DNA of 64,000 nucleotides from Camelus ferus (taxonomy: Eukaryota): contig NC_045696.1 in assembly GCF_009834535.1 (NCBI RefSeq), forward strand, positions 53,384,001 to 53,448,000, written 5' to 3'. Shown piece by piece: positions 1 through 14,322 of this stretch. Each line of letters opens with the position of its first letter. Position 1 is the stretch's first letter. The position numbers were made by a program, and so were the translations under genes. Under the pieces are notes generated by a model, which was given only the letters and a program-made list of their open reading frames with translations, was not told where the DNA came from and made no database searches.

Positions 1-229
1 TCACACATAGAATATTTATGGTAACAGAATATGAGAAATCAGCTTCAACCTTCTACTACACAAAGCATTCTTCTTTTTAACAACTTTTCTCAGTAGTGGT
101 TACCTGGACCCTGCTTAAATACTAAAATGACTAAAACTTTACTTCTTTACAAGGAAATCTATTCCACTCGGCAGAAAAGAAAATGACATTTATAAAATAA
201 ATACACATATACCTATAGATATGCATATA

Positions 230-425
230 CAGTGGACCCCTCAATGTGTTTGAACTGCATGGGTCCATTATACTTGGATTTTTTCAATAGTGAACAGTAC
301 AGTACTACATGATTCTTGGTTGATTGAATCTGCAGGTGCAGATACAGAGGAACCATGTACAAAGAGGCAGGTTTTCTATGGAGCTGAGGTTCAGCGCCCC
401 CAACACACTGTTCAGTGGTCAACTG
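230..425 (+). mobile_element. MER8-like Tigger (Tc1/mariner) MITE
   Basis: Termini cagtggaccc...ggtcaactg form a decayed TIR flanked by TA on both sides. The internal tttgaactgcatgggtcca motif is typical of Tigger2/MER8. Confidence 0.75.
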
Positions 426-429
426 TATA

Positions 430-769
430 TAGTCATTCCTAGGTATCCACAGAGAATTGGTTCCAGGACCCCCCACAAGTACCAAAATCCACAGATATTC
501 AAGTTCCTTATATAAAATGGTGTAATATTTGCATGTAACCCACAGACATGTTCCCATATATTTTAAATCATCTATAGATTACTTAGAATACCTAATACTA
601 TGTAAATAGTTGTAAATACAATGTAAATGCTATGTAAATAGTTGTCATGCTCTGGTAAATTCAAGTTCTGCTTTTTAGAAATTTTTTCTGGAATTTTTTA
701 AAAAATATTTTCAATCCACAATAAGTTGAATCCATGGATGCAGAACACACCAATATGGAGAGCCAACTA
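430..769 (+). mobile_element. MER2/MER2B Tigger-derived element
   Basis: Motifs ttggttccaggaccccc, accaaaatccacagat, aatgtaaatgctatgtaaatagttgt and gttgaatccatggatgcagaac. Orientation is opposite to the copy at 7911. Confidence 0.8.
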
Positions 770-789
770 GAATTGTAGATTCTTTTTAT

Positions 790-975
790 TTCATTCTTGT
801 AATAACCTTCTGGGATAAGAAGGTAAATAATATAATTACCATTCTTATTTTATAAATAAAGATGTTGAGGCCCAGTAGGGACAAGCGATTTGCCCATCTT
901 TCCAAAGCTGGTAATTGGTAGAGGTAATTTTTGGAGCTAGGTTTCCTGGCTCAGAAGCTGTGTGATTTCCGTTAT
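790..975 (-). mobile_element. MIR SINE
   Basis: Decayed MIR core: attttataaataaagatgttgaggcccag...gatttgccca...agctggtaattggtagag. Confidence 0.6.
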
Positions 976-3900
976 GCCATTAAAATATATGTTCATCTTT
1001 GTAAAATCATTCAAGCTGATCTGCTTATTTAAATTACATTCTGTTTAAATTATAAACTACCATAAGTTCTTTGCTTTTCTTTTTTCTTTTTTTTTTCATT
1101 TTTCTTTTTCTTTTCTTTCTTTTTATTTTTGGAATGAAGTAGGGTATAAACACACAAATCTATGAATAACATTCCTTTATATAGAGAGCTGCAATTTGCC
1201 TCCCTATAGCTTGCACCAATTTTCATCTTATAATCTTGTCAACAAAGAAAATCCTTTTATCTTGTGTCATGTACTTGGTAGAAAGTTTGCTTCCTGTGTT
1301 TTTATTCAAATATTGAAGATGGCCAAAGATAGACAGAGAATCCTCTACTACCATCAATCGGTTTCTTCAGCATGATGATTCAATCAACTGAAAAAATTCT
1401 AGCTCATTATGGACCAATAAATCTATCAGGAGAAACCTGTCAAAATACAGATACTTAGAATGAATGGCATTTCCCTGATCTACCAGTTTGGAATTTTGTT
1501 TGTTTTAAAGAAATGTATTTACCATGCTATAGTTTGTTCCCAGGGAACCCCTGTTGTGGGTGATCACTGCTTGTTTTGTAAATATTCTAGCATTTATATT
1601 TTTGTTGTTGGTGGTGGTGATTTAATATTATTTTCCCCTTTTATTTATAACTAGGACAATATTGTGTGCCACCAATACTGTGAAAAAGTTTGTTTTCTAC
1701 AGATATTCAAATGTTAGCAATAGTATTTCTATAATCACTCTATCAAGTTATTTTTATTTTAGTGACCTAGGTTTCATACATATGAGACTTATAATTGAAC
1801 TTGTTTCTATTACCCTAATCATTTCCTCACATGCCTTGAGTCTTTAACATTGAAAAGGGTACAAAAGCATAATTATGATCATTTTATTTGATAAACAAAT
1901 TGAAATTTAATTTAAATTCTTATTCTTCCCTTACAGTGGCCAGTTTCTCATTTTCTTTATGAAGGCTTGTTAACAAATCAATAGATCTTTTGGTGACTGA
2001 GAATGAAAGAAAACAGAAATTTAGTCTAGAATTGAGATCACAAATACAAAGAATTAACTTTAATTTTTTAAAGTTATTTCTCACTTAGCTAAGATTAATT
2101 TCTAACCTTTAATACAAGTAGAAAAATATAAGATTTTACTTTACTTTTTAGGGACTATATGATAACCAATATATAATAGAAACAAGAAATAGTAAGTCTG
2201 ATTTCTCTTACAAATAATCTTAGCATTTGCGTAATGATTAATTAAAAATAAAACATATTAACTAAAATCAGTTAAGAAAGTCATCATGTGATGCTTCTTC
2301 TATATTTTATATGTTCACATCCTTGATAACCTAGAAAATCTGGTTTTCTGCAATAAACTTCCCTGATCATTAGTGCATCAAATTAATTAGGTTCTTATTA
2401 AAGTGTGCTGTGACCCAAGTTCACAATAATATTCACATTTTGTGTATGGAAAATTTATGTACGTATAAAATGCAAATGCATCCTTTTAATTTTTTATATA
2501 ATTATAAATATATCCTGAATAAATCAAAAATAAAATAAAAATCTTGTGTTTAAGCACATCTAAACAATATAGATTAAGTACATTTGTGAAACAAATTGTT
2601 CACACAACAGGTTCTATATAAATAAATACTCTTTTTTTTTAGAAGAACTATATTTTGAGTTGTTTTATTTTTATACAAGGATTAAGGGATTAATGCAGAA
2701 ATATTTTTGTTTCCTATGGTATGACATTTATAAGATAATGTAGGAGTTTTTTTTTTAATTTGAGCATATCATCAACCCATTTATAGCAGCATGCATTCCT
2801 TCTGATGCACTCAACTATATTCAAAAACACAGTATCACTTTACCAGGCCAACTTCTTTGTTTAAGAGGCAAGTAGGAATTATACCCATTTTAGAGTTGAG
2901 ACTATGCGAGCTAATTCCCAACTTTTTACAGACAACAGTTTTAATGGCATTGAAGTCTAAATCTCTTGATATTCAGTCTAGAAATTTCTGTAATCTAGTA
3001 ACATTCTATAGACTTTAGGCAGTTCCTGGTCATAGTGATGATATTAGATATTAGTTCATCAGATTAGAGTCACCAGAGAGAGACAGAAGAATAGAGGTCA
3101 AAAAGAGAGTCCAAGAAAAATCCATTCATCTGCTAAGTTAATGATTCAGCAATAGAAAATGCTGATCCTAAGATATGCTCATGCAAATGCATCATGAACA
3201 TACAGAAGATGACAGCAATCTTCGGTTATCCTAAAATGAAGATCAGCCATAAACTGGTAGCCATATGTGACTCAAACCCCATAAAATAAACAGCCTTGAT
3301 ATAGATATACCAGCATGAGGTCAGACCAAAGAAGCACAAAAATTGAAAATAAGGAAACTGATTATTTTTCCCAATCAGTGTTTTCACATGTAGACATTTG
3401 GCTATTCATGACACAATGTTGAACCGCATCACTTTCGCTGGTATCTTTTGCTCCTTAGTAGTGCGGCAAAATAGTAGCATGACTAAAGCACAAATTTAGA
3501 AAGGATGTCGTCAGCTTTAGATAACTTTACAATATAGACATTCAATATAGAAATGCATCATCAAAAATCATAATGGAATAAATATTAATGCATTATTGTG
3601 TGACAAGCTGGGTTGCATTTTTCCTCTGACATAATATCAATAATGCCTTTGTGTATTACTGCAAGACATACAAAAGGGAATTTGGGATTATTACAAAGGG
3701 CACTATACATTCAACTTGGAATTTCTCTGGACTCAGTAATGAATCCTACACTGCAAAACTCAGGTAGGCATCATTGTTCAGTGTGTATAAGTACTTTGAG
3801 TCAAATGCATGTGAGTGATCTGCCCCTTGCTTCATTCCACAAGAAAGTAGAACAGATGATGTGAATATACCTGTGCCACAAAAACAATCCTGCTCCCAAA

Positions 3901-4616
3901 TCACCAACTTAGTCCCTGAAAGCCCACGGCCACCACTAGAGGGAGAAAGCCTCAGCAGCTCCCTGGAGGTATATCCCTTCCCTTACAGCTACCTGCAAGG
4001 CTGAGCTCTTCATACACTGGAAATGCCTCGGAAATGCCTCACTTTAGGAGCACTGAGTGACTCTTAGCTCTGTCAGAAACTGCTAATCTATCCGAGGAAG
4101 GAGTATACTTTGTATGGGCCCCTGGGACTGAAGTTTTGGGATTATCTTAAAATTTGTCTGTCCCTAGAAAGCTGTGCTTGAAAAGAGTAGCTACAATGAG
4201 AAATGATGTATTTCTAGCCAGTATTTCTACCCAGATACCCTCATTCACCCCACCAATGATCAGAAAAGAATCAATCTCTAATTTTACCACTATGCCTTCT
4301 TCACCACATTCACAGTAACTCCAGGGGTGGTTGATTTTACTACTAACATATCTTGCATGATTCATCCATGTCTCCTTCAAATTTGTTTCCTCTTTTAAAA
4401 ATCAACTTATCCTCTGCTTGATTTATAGTATGACCTGTTCAGTCATCTGTTCAGTTCAGTCTCTCAGCAAATATTTATCTGAGCATCTATCAGTACTAAG
4501 CTACATTCTGGGATGAAAATGTAAAGTAGATAAGGCCTTTGATGGGCTAATAGTACATCTGAAGCAATGTGAATATAATTTTTTAAGTGTAGTAAATGCT
4601 ACATTGAGGTATGCAT

Positions 4617-5307
4617 ATACTGCAGTAATCCCACTTCTGGGTATATATCTGAAGGAAATGGAATCAGTATCTCCAAGAGATATCTGTGCTCTTGTATTCT
4701 TAGCAGCACTGCTCAAAATAGCCAAGATATGGAAACAACCTAAGCATTCACTGATCTATAAACGGATAAAGAAAATGTGAGACCTATATCTATTTACACT
4801 CACAATGGAATATTATTCAGCTATAAAAAAGAAAATGCTGCCATTTGTGATATTGTGGATGAACCTGGAGGACATTATGCCAAATGAAAAGCTAGACAGA
4901 GAAAGACAAATTCTGCATGCTCTCACTTATATGCAGAATCTAAAAAAGTCAAAGTCATAGAGGCAGAAAGTAGAATGGTGATTACCAAGGGCTTGAGTGG
5001 TGGCAGAAATGGGGAGATGTTGGTCAAAGGGTACAAACTTTCAGTTATAAGATGACTAAGTTCTGGGGATCGCAAGTATAGCATGGTGACTACAGTTAAT
5101 AACGTTGCCTTGTATATTTGAAAGTTAGCTAGGAGGAGAGTAAATCTGGGTGTTCTCACTACACACACAAAAAGATAACGATGTGAGATGAATGTGTTAA
5201 TTAACTTGATTTTAGTATTGATTTCACAACGTATACATATATCAAAGCTTCTCATTGTACACCCTAAGTATATAAATTTTTGTTTGTCAACTATATCTAA
5301 ATTAAGC
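4617..5307 (+). mobile_element. L1 3' fragment (L1MA-type)
   Basis: ORF2 C-terminal motifs (aatcccacttctgggtatatatc, atagccaagatatggaaacaacctaag) are followed by an L1MA 3'UTR (gggtacaaactttcagttataagatga). Confidence 0.9.
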
Positions 5308-7057
5308 TTTGGGGTGGGGTTGGGAGGAAGGGATGCAGAGGGGCTATTAGCAACAATAAATAGGGTACTTAGCCCATTCTGGGAAAATTAGGAAAGATTA
5401 CCTGAATTAGCACCAGAACTAGCCTTGAACCTAGGAAGTAGCCTAGCAAAGAAGTATGGTGGGAGGGGTGCAGTGGAAGAAGAGGAGGTTCCAGGGAGAG
5501 AAAGCACCATGAAGAAAGGTAAGAGCCAGCACTGTGTGCACGCACACACTCACTCACATGCTCATGAGCACAGGCTATAAGTGGCTCTGAATTAGTGGAC
5601 ACAATGAGGTAGCAGATCATGGAGAGTTTTCCAAGCTAAGGACCTCTGGCTTTATGTTGCAGATGATGGGAAGCCTTTGAAGGATCTGGCAACACTTCTA
5701 GATTGATACTGGAAAAAACAATAGGCCTGGGACAGTCAGGTGAGCTCGGGTCCATGGTTCTGCTAACTACCTGGAATCTGGAAGGTCTAAGTAGACTAAA
5801 GATGCAATCCAGTAACGTTATCTATAGCAGAAAGAAGCAAGTAGTATCCATTTCTACTTCATTCCAGACCTTTGTCTCCATGTTTACCACACAAAGCTGG
5901 ACCAGGTTTAGTGATCCTGAACTTATACAGCAAGAGTTTTAAAAGATGGGGCTCAGTGCTCTGAGATGTATCTCCATGTCACCCCTTAGTTACAATAGCT
6001 TTGACACAGGGCTTCAGTTCGAGAAATTATATCCCTGTCTTTTACTCCTTGACTAAGTTACCTATCTTGGTAATATGTCTGGGGAATAGCCTTTATTACT
6101 AAGGACTCTGCCCTGCGTAAGCCAGCCCTTAGCCCAAAGACTGTGTTCTTTCTTTGAGCCTCAGCCTTGAGACTGAGTCTTTACCATGAGCTGAAAGACC
6201 GCCCGGTAAAACCTGCCTGCCTCCCTGTGGGACCCACTGAAAGCCACTGATCTGTTACTTTCCCCTCACTGTGCTCTGCCCTTTACTTGGTGTAACATGT
6301 TGTAGCTACCTTGGCTCCACCACCCACTTGCTAAGAAAGCTTCATGAGGCCTTGTTCTGCATGTCCCACCAGAAACTCCCCAGGCACCTGCCACAGGGCT
6401 TATCATGTTGTGTCTCCACCATTCCAAGAGACATGGATAGATCTATGTCCAGTTCCTTCCAGTTTACCACCATCAGTCCCAACTGTCAGACCAAAGTAAT
6501 GTTTGTACAAATTAGAAAATAAAATTCTACCTTCCTCAAAGACTTGTATACAATTTGCAGTGTCTTCCATGTGCAGAGTGCCCTTTCAGTCTGTGCAAAG
6601 GAAAGTCTGCCAACTGAAAGCAGAGATTTGGCCCACAACCTCACTGTAGCCATCCTGGTCAGGGTCTCTAAAAGGGACAACTCATAGGAGACTTGACCAG
6701 GCAGAAGGTCATAAGTAACAATTAGAAGGCAGCAGAGTTTCAGGACCCAAGACCAGTACTGACTGGGTCAAAGGGCTGAGAATTCAGACAAGAAATCTAA
6801 CAGAAGAGGTATCAGAAGCAAGAGGGAAAGTAATTAAAAACAAACAAACAAAAAGTTGTTGAGGCCAGGAGATCCCTGCCAAATACAAAAATGGCTTTGC
6901 GAATATGATACGATGGAGGCTGCAAGTAAAGAAAAGAAAATCCATTTGGTTAAGACAGTGAACATGGGAAAGATACAGCAGTTCCCAAAAAAAGTCTTCC
7001 TTGATCAGCACTACCTGGATGATCCTCCACAGGTAAGTTCAGCTTTGATTTGCAGGG

Positions 7058-7178
7058 ATGAGAAAGAGGAGAGGAGAGGAATGAGAGAGGAGAGAAGAAG
7101 AGATGAGAGAAGAGAAGAAAAGGGGAAGGATGGGGAAAGAGGGGAAGAGAGGAAGAGAGGTGAAGGGAGAGGGAGAGA
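7058..7178. repeat. GA-rich low-complexity tract
   Basis: About 120 bp of almost purine-only sequence on the + strand (gagaggagagaagaag...). Confidence 0.9.
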
Positions 7179-7910
7179 CATATTTAGCATCATTTTGGGG
7201 GGCGGGGTAAAACGTGGCACATCATGGTATAACATCAACAAATGATTTCAGTGGTCCTCTGGAATAAAGACTTCCACAGGAATGAGAATTAAGAGACATG
7301 AATTCTAGTTTTCAAATTGTCACTCACATCTTGAGACAACCAATTAAATGTTTTTCTTCTCAGTTATATCCCTTTAAAATGAGATGGCAGACTGCTTAAT
7401 CTCCAAGATCTTTCCTAGTCTAAATTTCTACAAATTTATTCTATAGTAATTCACAAAATCTGAAGCAAAATGCTTTCTTCTGTGAAGGTTAATCACTCAT
7501 TAACTAGAGATTGTTTTGATTACAGGTGACTACAAAAAAGTGTTCGCTCACCCTGCACTCCTGATAACAAACTCAGCTATACTCTAAGATATGGATGACT
7601 TTAAAGGACTTGAAATAAAATGGTACAAACATCTTAGAGCAAATGACCAACCTTGACCACAGAAATAAAAATAAAAAGGCTTATTTTATTAAGTCTTCTA
7701 ATTTTCTAAAAGTTATTTCCTACTGTGAATGCAATGACAATAATCTTATTAAGAGCTTGCATTTTATACCATTTTATAGTTTACAGAACACTTGGATGCA
7801 TAATATCTCATTTGATCATAAAAAGAACTTGTGTAGTAGGCCAACTAACTGTCAGTTATACTGATTTAATAGATCAGTTTATTTCAAGCTATTTAGATCT
7901 TGGTCTTCTA

Positions 7911-8235
7911 AGTCAGTCCTCTGTATCAACCAACTGCAGACTGAAAATATTTGGAAGAAAAATTCCAGAAAGTTCCAAAAAGCAAAGCTTGAATTTGCCA
8001 GAGCACTGGCAACTGTTTACATAGCATTTACATTTTATTTACAACTATTTACATAGCATTTACATTGTATTAGGTATTCTAAGTAATCGAGAGATGATTT
8101 AAAGTATACTGGGGCATATGCATATGTTATATGCAAATACTACGCCATTTTATATAAGGGATTTGAGCATCTGCAGATTTTGGTATTTAAGGAGGGGCTT
8201 GGAACCAATCCCCCGCAGATACTGAGGGAAGACTA
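7911..8235 (-). mobile_element. MER2B Tigger-derived element
   Basis: Reverse complement of the 430-769 motifs: actatttacatagcatttacattgtattagg and gcagattttggtat...ggaaccaatcccc. Confidence 0.8.
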
Positions 8236-8844
8236 CTTGTTGAACATTCTGAACTTATTATATCCTTGATAAAAAACTCTCTGACATAAACACTTGTCTA
8301 TAAGTTTTAGCTAAAGACTGATCACCATGTAAAGCTGAGATGAATTCTACAACAATGTAGCTATTATTTTCTAAATCATTTTTGTGGCAAATATGACAAC
8401 ATAAGTACACAGAAGTAAGCCTGTTTGAAAAAGACTGAAGACATTTTCGTTGCCTAAATATAGTCTGTTTTTTCCCATCAAAAAAAATACCTACCTAAAA
8501 CTGTTTTGTATCTTTTGTGTCTTGTTTAATATAAATGAAAGAGAGAACACAAGACAACAGGAATAAAAAAAATTGAGCTTTAATGCTATTCCAATAGATA
8601 TTATGTAAATATGCATCCATATTAAAATAAAGTCACTCCATTACCCATGACATTGGAGAGATGAGATTGTGTAGTAAAGAAATAGATCTATGATGATCGC
8701 TTTTCTCTCTTCCAATTGAATTTGTACATCTTTGCTGTTGAAATATTTCCCAAACCACACAACCTGACTATAATTTTTTAGTACCTATCAAGTAAGCGTT
8801 GCCCCTGAACAAGGTTTGTAAAAGAGATTTTTCAACAAGTAAAG

Positions 8845-9370
8845 CAGCAGTTCACAACTCTGTACATATCAGAATCATTTTTTTAAACACCTATGTCCAA
8901 GCCCAACCCCAAACTAATTAAATCAGGATACTGAAAGTAGGGATATGTAGCTTCATTAGTTTTTAAAAGGTCCCCTGTAGAGAGTAATGTGTGGCCATGG
9001 CTGTGGACTCTCTAAAGCAGCATTTCTCCAACTTCAGTATGTTTATGAATCACTTGGGATCTTGTTAAAATGCAGATTCTGATTCAGTAGGTCTGGAACA
9101 GACCCTGAGATTTTGGATTTTAACAAGTGACTCTACAATACTGAAGATGCTCATCTGCAGAACACACTTATGGAAGCAAGAGACAGTGGTTCTCAAAGTG
9201 TGGCCCCATACCTCAGCATGAGCACCATCTGAGGACTTGCCACAAATGCAAACTTCAGCCCCTAGCAGAGAACTACTGAATCAGAAACTCTGAAGACAAG
9301 GGCCAAGTAACCTGTTTTTTAATGAGCACTCCAGGTAATTTGGATATACCTTCAAGTTTGAGAAACACTG
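8845..9370. mobile_element. Three adjacent MER5-family hAT-Charlie MITEs
   Basis: Units at ~8845-9010, ~9018-9180 (ttgttaaaatgcagattctgattcagtaggtctgg) and 9184-9370 (cagtggttctcaaa...tttgagaaacactg TIRs; actgaatcagaaactctg). Confidence 0.75.
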
Positions 9371-12300
9371 TCTGAAAAAAAGAGCTCCCTAAAGTCTAAA
9401 CAACTGGCTACATGTGGTTGGAAAACCACTAACACTTTATGCTTGTGTAGCAGTTTACAGTTCACCAAACGGAACTACTTTATCTCTTGTGAGCTCTTTA
9501 AAACAACCCCACAGAGTAACTACAATAGGTAACTTTATCATTTTTGAACAAAACTAAAGCTCAAAATATTTCAGAGATTTTCTCAAAGTCATGTAGCATG
9601 CAAGGATAGATCCAAAATTAGAGCCCAGCTCTTCTAAGTTGTACAAACTAACAGGTAGGACATTCACAAACGAACAGGGCAAAGGGCTATAAGCCTTAAG
9701 TAGTGGCCTGAAAGGGAGGGCTCTCTAGGGCTCAAGTGATGACAGCGAGGGGGACCAGCACACAGACAACTTCCCATCAGGTGAAGCCCCAGCTACTTGT
9801 ACTTGGAGCTCTCAGAGACCACAGCAAAATGCACTAATCCTTCTTTTGCCTGAGTTTACTATTATGTTGAAGCAGCTTCAAGAAACACAGATGTTTAACT
9901 CTCACCAACTGATTTAGTAGATGAGTCAGTCATCTTTGGTTGTTTGCTACACAATTTGACAAATAAGTCATTCAAAGTCAAATTACATAGAACCACTCTA
10001 ATATGTGCTGTAAGTGTGTACGTGTTTCATACTTACAGAAACACCAATCATCACAGTTTGTATTTGTCACATGAGACTGGTCTGTTCTGTTCCCCAGGAC
10101 ATAAATGACAGCAAGTGATACAAGTGCATAAACATCTTTCAAAAATGGATATAATATGTCATATTCCTAGACAATATATAGCATGCTTTACTCCATTATT
10201 CACCAAATATATTTGATAAAGAATTTAATGGGTAATGAATGATCTTTAAAGTATCAGTCATTACCTATAAATTCTGATTACCTTTACTGATTTAATTACA
10301 GAAAAAGAAAACTTCATAACTGTCACAAACTCTCCCTGTAGACTACCATGCCCACAAAGTTTGTTTTCAAATAGTAAGTTATAAGTGGTAGAAAAACACA
10401 TATTGTGTCAGGAGTTTGTCCGATTGTTGACAGTTCCTTTGTGAATGTAGGCGTGCCAGATGCTTTATAGAAAAGAAGCCATTTTTCCTTTGAAACTTGC
10501 ACAAAATTTTTACATTTTACTGTCAAATAATCATAGTTTTTGTATTGTTTCTTCTTTTTCCCCTACTGTAGAAACAAATAAGGAAATAAAGACCAAGAAT
10601 TTTTGAAAAACTAAAAATTTAACTGTTTTAAACTTAGGTATTTAGTTTCTTATACCTAACACTTCTTAGGTACATTTACACTTAAATGGGAAAAATGTTA
10701 TCACTATAAAAGGTATTACAATATCCTGAAAACATCAAATAGGGTCAGAATTGTGAAATAAATGCAATTTCAATACCTCAAATTTAAAATATTTAAAGTT
10801 ACAACACAGGTGTGGAGCCTCTGCATTTTATCTTATATGCACTTAAGCAGCATGTCCAAATAGGCATATATATGTAATTTTTACAAAGTTACTTTATGAG
10901 CAGATATATTGGGATCGATTATTTTATAAATATTTTTTCCAGACATTTGCTGCTCATATTGAAAATATCGTCAGTGAGACTGTTAAAAATGAAATTTTAA
11001 AGGTTGGATTGGAACACTGTTTCCACTTTTCCCTTAACTTATCAGTAGAGCAATGCGGTTTCAACCTGCCAAGATTAACCAGGAAGTGAATCTCTATGGG
11101 AGCTCATGTACAAGGATAGAGGGTTGGAAGGACCAGTGCTAGAAACCTGCCCAGTGACTGATGAACTCCTACACTTGGTGGAGTAGGGGAGTGGCAGTGA
11201 GGCAGGTGGGCCCTGTTCAGAAAAGCAACTGAGTCTTCCTTGCAAGTAAAGTCCTGTGGTTAGATGTGTCTCATACTTCACGGTGTTACAAATGTAAATA
11301 CAGGTTCTGGTTCTATAGATTTAGGAAGATGCCCCAGGTGCTGCTGCTGCTGCCACTGGTCTATGAATCACACTGCTCTTTTGCCTTTGAGATGGAAGAT
11401 GGTGCTGCAGTTTCCTTTATCTTTTAAAGAATCTCATAAAGGAGCTCGTAAACATCTAGGATCTCTTCTGGGAAACAACAGGGTTAGGTTGGGACACATG
11501 AGATTCTCTTTCCATCTAGTTTTGTCACCTTCAGTCTATAGTCTTTCTTTTTTTCCCCAAAAGACAGAAATTACAGAGCAAGACCCCAAGGCTAGTATAC
11601 TCTCTCCTCTCAAGATGCACACTTACATGAACGACCATAATTACCCAAAAGTAAGAATCAATTGCCCCCCAAAAAACACTTGTTTCATGGAACCTACATG
11701 GTGAAGGTAAATGTTTTGGGGACAGTTAGTCAAAGTCCCATCACTGGAGCACCAGAATTTCAAATCCCCCTTGCCTCTTGTTGCCATTTCAGATCATTCA
11801 GGCCACAGACTCACTGAGGGAGGATCTTTTCCCCCTTGCCATTTCACTTTCTCAGTGCCAAAGAGCTACTGTGGCTTCCAAAGAATCAAATTCTCCTTCC
11901 TCTCCTCCCCTGGAAGCTCATGCTCCCAGTGAAATGTCACAAATAAAGTGGAAGCAAGCCTTTCCCAGGCTAGACTTGTAAACAGACAGCAAGAGTGCCA
12001 TTCTTCACCAGGAAACTGACCCACAGAGCTTACTGGACTCAGTTAAAGAGATTGAGAAGAAGGTCAGCTAAGAAAACAAAGGGAACTCTTTTCATAGTTA
12101 CTCCTGATAGAGCTCCACCAACCCAGAAGCAAAGACTTGTCCAAGGCAAAGGAAGTAAAAAAGAGGGCACATTAGGTGAGGTCCAGGAAAGCAATGGACT
12201 CTCACAGGTGACTTCTTTGCATGCTCTGTTTGTCTATCTTCTTTCCCAGAGAATAACTGTTTCTGTATTTATTCTCTATTCTTACTACCTGCCCCCTCTA

Positions 12301-12978
12301 TTTCCACCCTGAAATGTCTACTAAAAAGTAATGCTTTAAAAACTCCATTTCTTTTGAGCCACAAACACAAAGAAGCATGCATATATCATAGAGATATACG
12401 GGTAATAAGAGTGCCTCTCATAGACATAGACTTCTGTGCATATAAAGTGTGAAAATATAAGAATACCTTTTTCCTTCTGAATTAACATTTAGATACTTAT
12501 CTAACCCTTTGATGACTATAGCTTAAGATATAGGTGATGCTGACTTAGAAAGGCCTTACAAAGTTCGTGAACATTGACACAGAAACTTATACACCCCAGG
12601 TACTCACTTTTCCCATATTCAGTCTTATAGTCAGTGAAAACAAATCTTTCCAGGGATAGCATAAATTTACATAGAGTGCTTCACTTGCAAAGGGTTAATG
12701 GTGTTAGGGAATGTGAATGCTAGCAGTTGAGATGGCATGCTTATGTGTTTGAAAAAACATTTTCTGCATCATGTCCAAATCTGTTTGCAAACAGATAAAT
12801 TACTCTATAAATCTTATTACTCCATGTGGATAAATCACACATGCAGGTTTTACAGGGCTGGAGACCTAGGAGGGAAAATATACTTTGGATAGTAGGATTT
12901 AGGGGTTCACAATACTAAGGAAATGAAGAAAGGAGTACTTACACATTAGGATTTTCTTGGTTTTTACAGTCCACAGAA

Positions 12979-13018
12979 ACACACACACACACACCACAAC
13001 ACGCACAACACACACACA
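12979..13018. repeat. imperfect (CA)n microsatellite
   Basis: acacacacacacacaccacaacacgcacaacacacacaca. Confidence 0.9.
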
Positions 13019-13901
13019 TTCCTCTCTAACAAGGCAAGAGATCCCAAAGCAGGACACTGTGACAGCCAACCAAATTTATTTCTGAGAAAAGGAAAGAAAA
13101 CTTTGCTGCTGTAGGCAGCTCTGCTACAGAACTGCTCCCTGATGCCCCAGGGTTTATGCACTATCAGCTCCTTGCACACAGATTAGAGGTTTACCTTCTA
13201 TTGGACACTGCTTTTTATTGCCACAACAAGCAATATTAGCTAGATAGACAGACTGACACTAGGTCATTTTATTTGGATGGAATGAGATTTTAAAGGCTCT
13301 CCAAGGAGAACATTTTCTCTTCTTCTATTCATTTATTTATTTAAGTACCTGATAGAAATTCAGGAAAGCTCTAAAAAAAAGGACAAGGGGTACATACAAT
13401 GGGTGGAGAGGGGAGAGGAAGAAGATACACAGAAAAACAAGCTTGGAGCTTTTGAGAAATAGAATCACAGCTAGGTTTCATCTGAGTTTCTCCAGCTCAC
13501 TGTCCCTTATAGGGGTCAAACTCCCAAGGACTTGGTACTCTTCCTTTCCAAATTTCAATCCCAAATTACATTTCAGAGTTTGGCAGAGCTGCACAGAGAT
13601 AAAATTTTGAGGTCAATAATCAATTTGAAATATCCATTTTATGCCAGGTTAATGCTTTCCTAACCTCTGTGCTTAACACTCCTATTCTTAAATATCAGTG
13701 ATTTGGCAAATTCCTTTTTTTCCCCCCTTCTCTTCATTCTTGTGTTAATTTCTATCCACATTCCAGAAAAGGCTCAGTAGCCAACCAAAGTTCTAAGATT
13801 GATTTATTGCCCTGGATGTCAATTAGAAAATCCTTACTGAAAGTCTCCTATCCGAACCACTGCTGGGGCAGAGTGAGAGCCTTGATGTGCGTAGGTATTC
13901 T

Positions 13902-13924
13902 CACACACACACACACACACACAC
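13902..13924. repeat. (CA)n microsatellite
   Basis: Perfect CA run. Confidence 0.95.
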
Positions 13925-14213
13925 CCCAAGGAGAATGCAATACTGTGTACCACTCTCTGAGAGCCATAATTTAACAACTCTTCTTTCCCAAGTTAAGGAA
14001 CCCCAACAAAACTCTTAAGTGCAAAGCATCTGCGATTACAAAAGCAAGAACACTGCCCAAATGTCACCAACATAGATGAAGTTAGGCTTTCTCAGTAAGA
14101 AAAACAAGACCCCAAGATCCAAACAACGTTTAACCAACCCTGCTGATCCCTGACAGGGAACAAAATCCCCTTGAAATTTGTTGGCAGATACCTTGGCCAG
14201 TCGGCGGTAAAAG

Positions 14214-14231
14214 GCATATGCGCGCGCGTGT

Positions 14232-14263
<32 letters not shown>

Positions 14264-14322
14264 GCACGCACACACACCACAAGCCTGTAGCATCAGGAGC
14301 TGGAGTTCAAGGAGATCACTCA

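Noticed and set aside
1240..1570. Possible hAT transposon remnant ending ...gatcactg
   Set aside because: Only a terminal-like motif is visible. I could not find a matching other end or a family.
5990..6400. GC-richer block resembling an LTR
   Set aside because: Termini, TSD and family could not be supported.
6856..7245. 129-aa ORF with an E/R-rich tail
   Set aside because: It is open because it crosses the GA low-complexity tract.
11264..11704. 146-aa ORF
   Set aside because: No recognisable domain or coding bias, and it is antisense within an intron.
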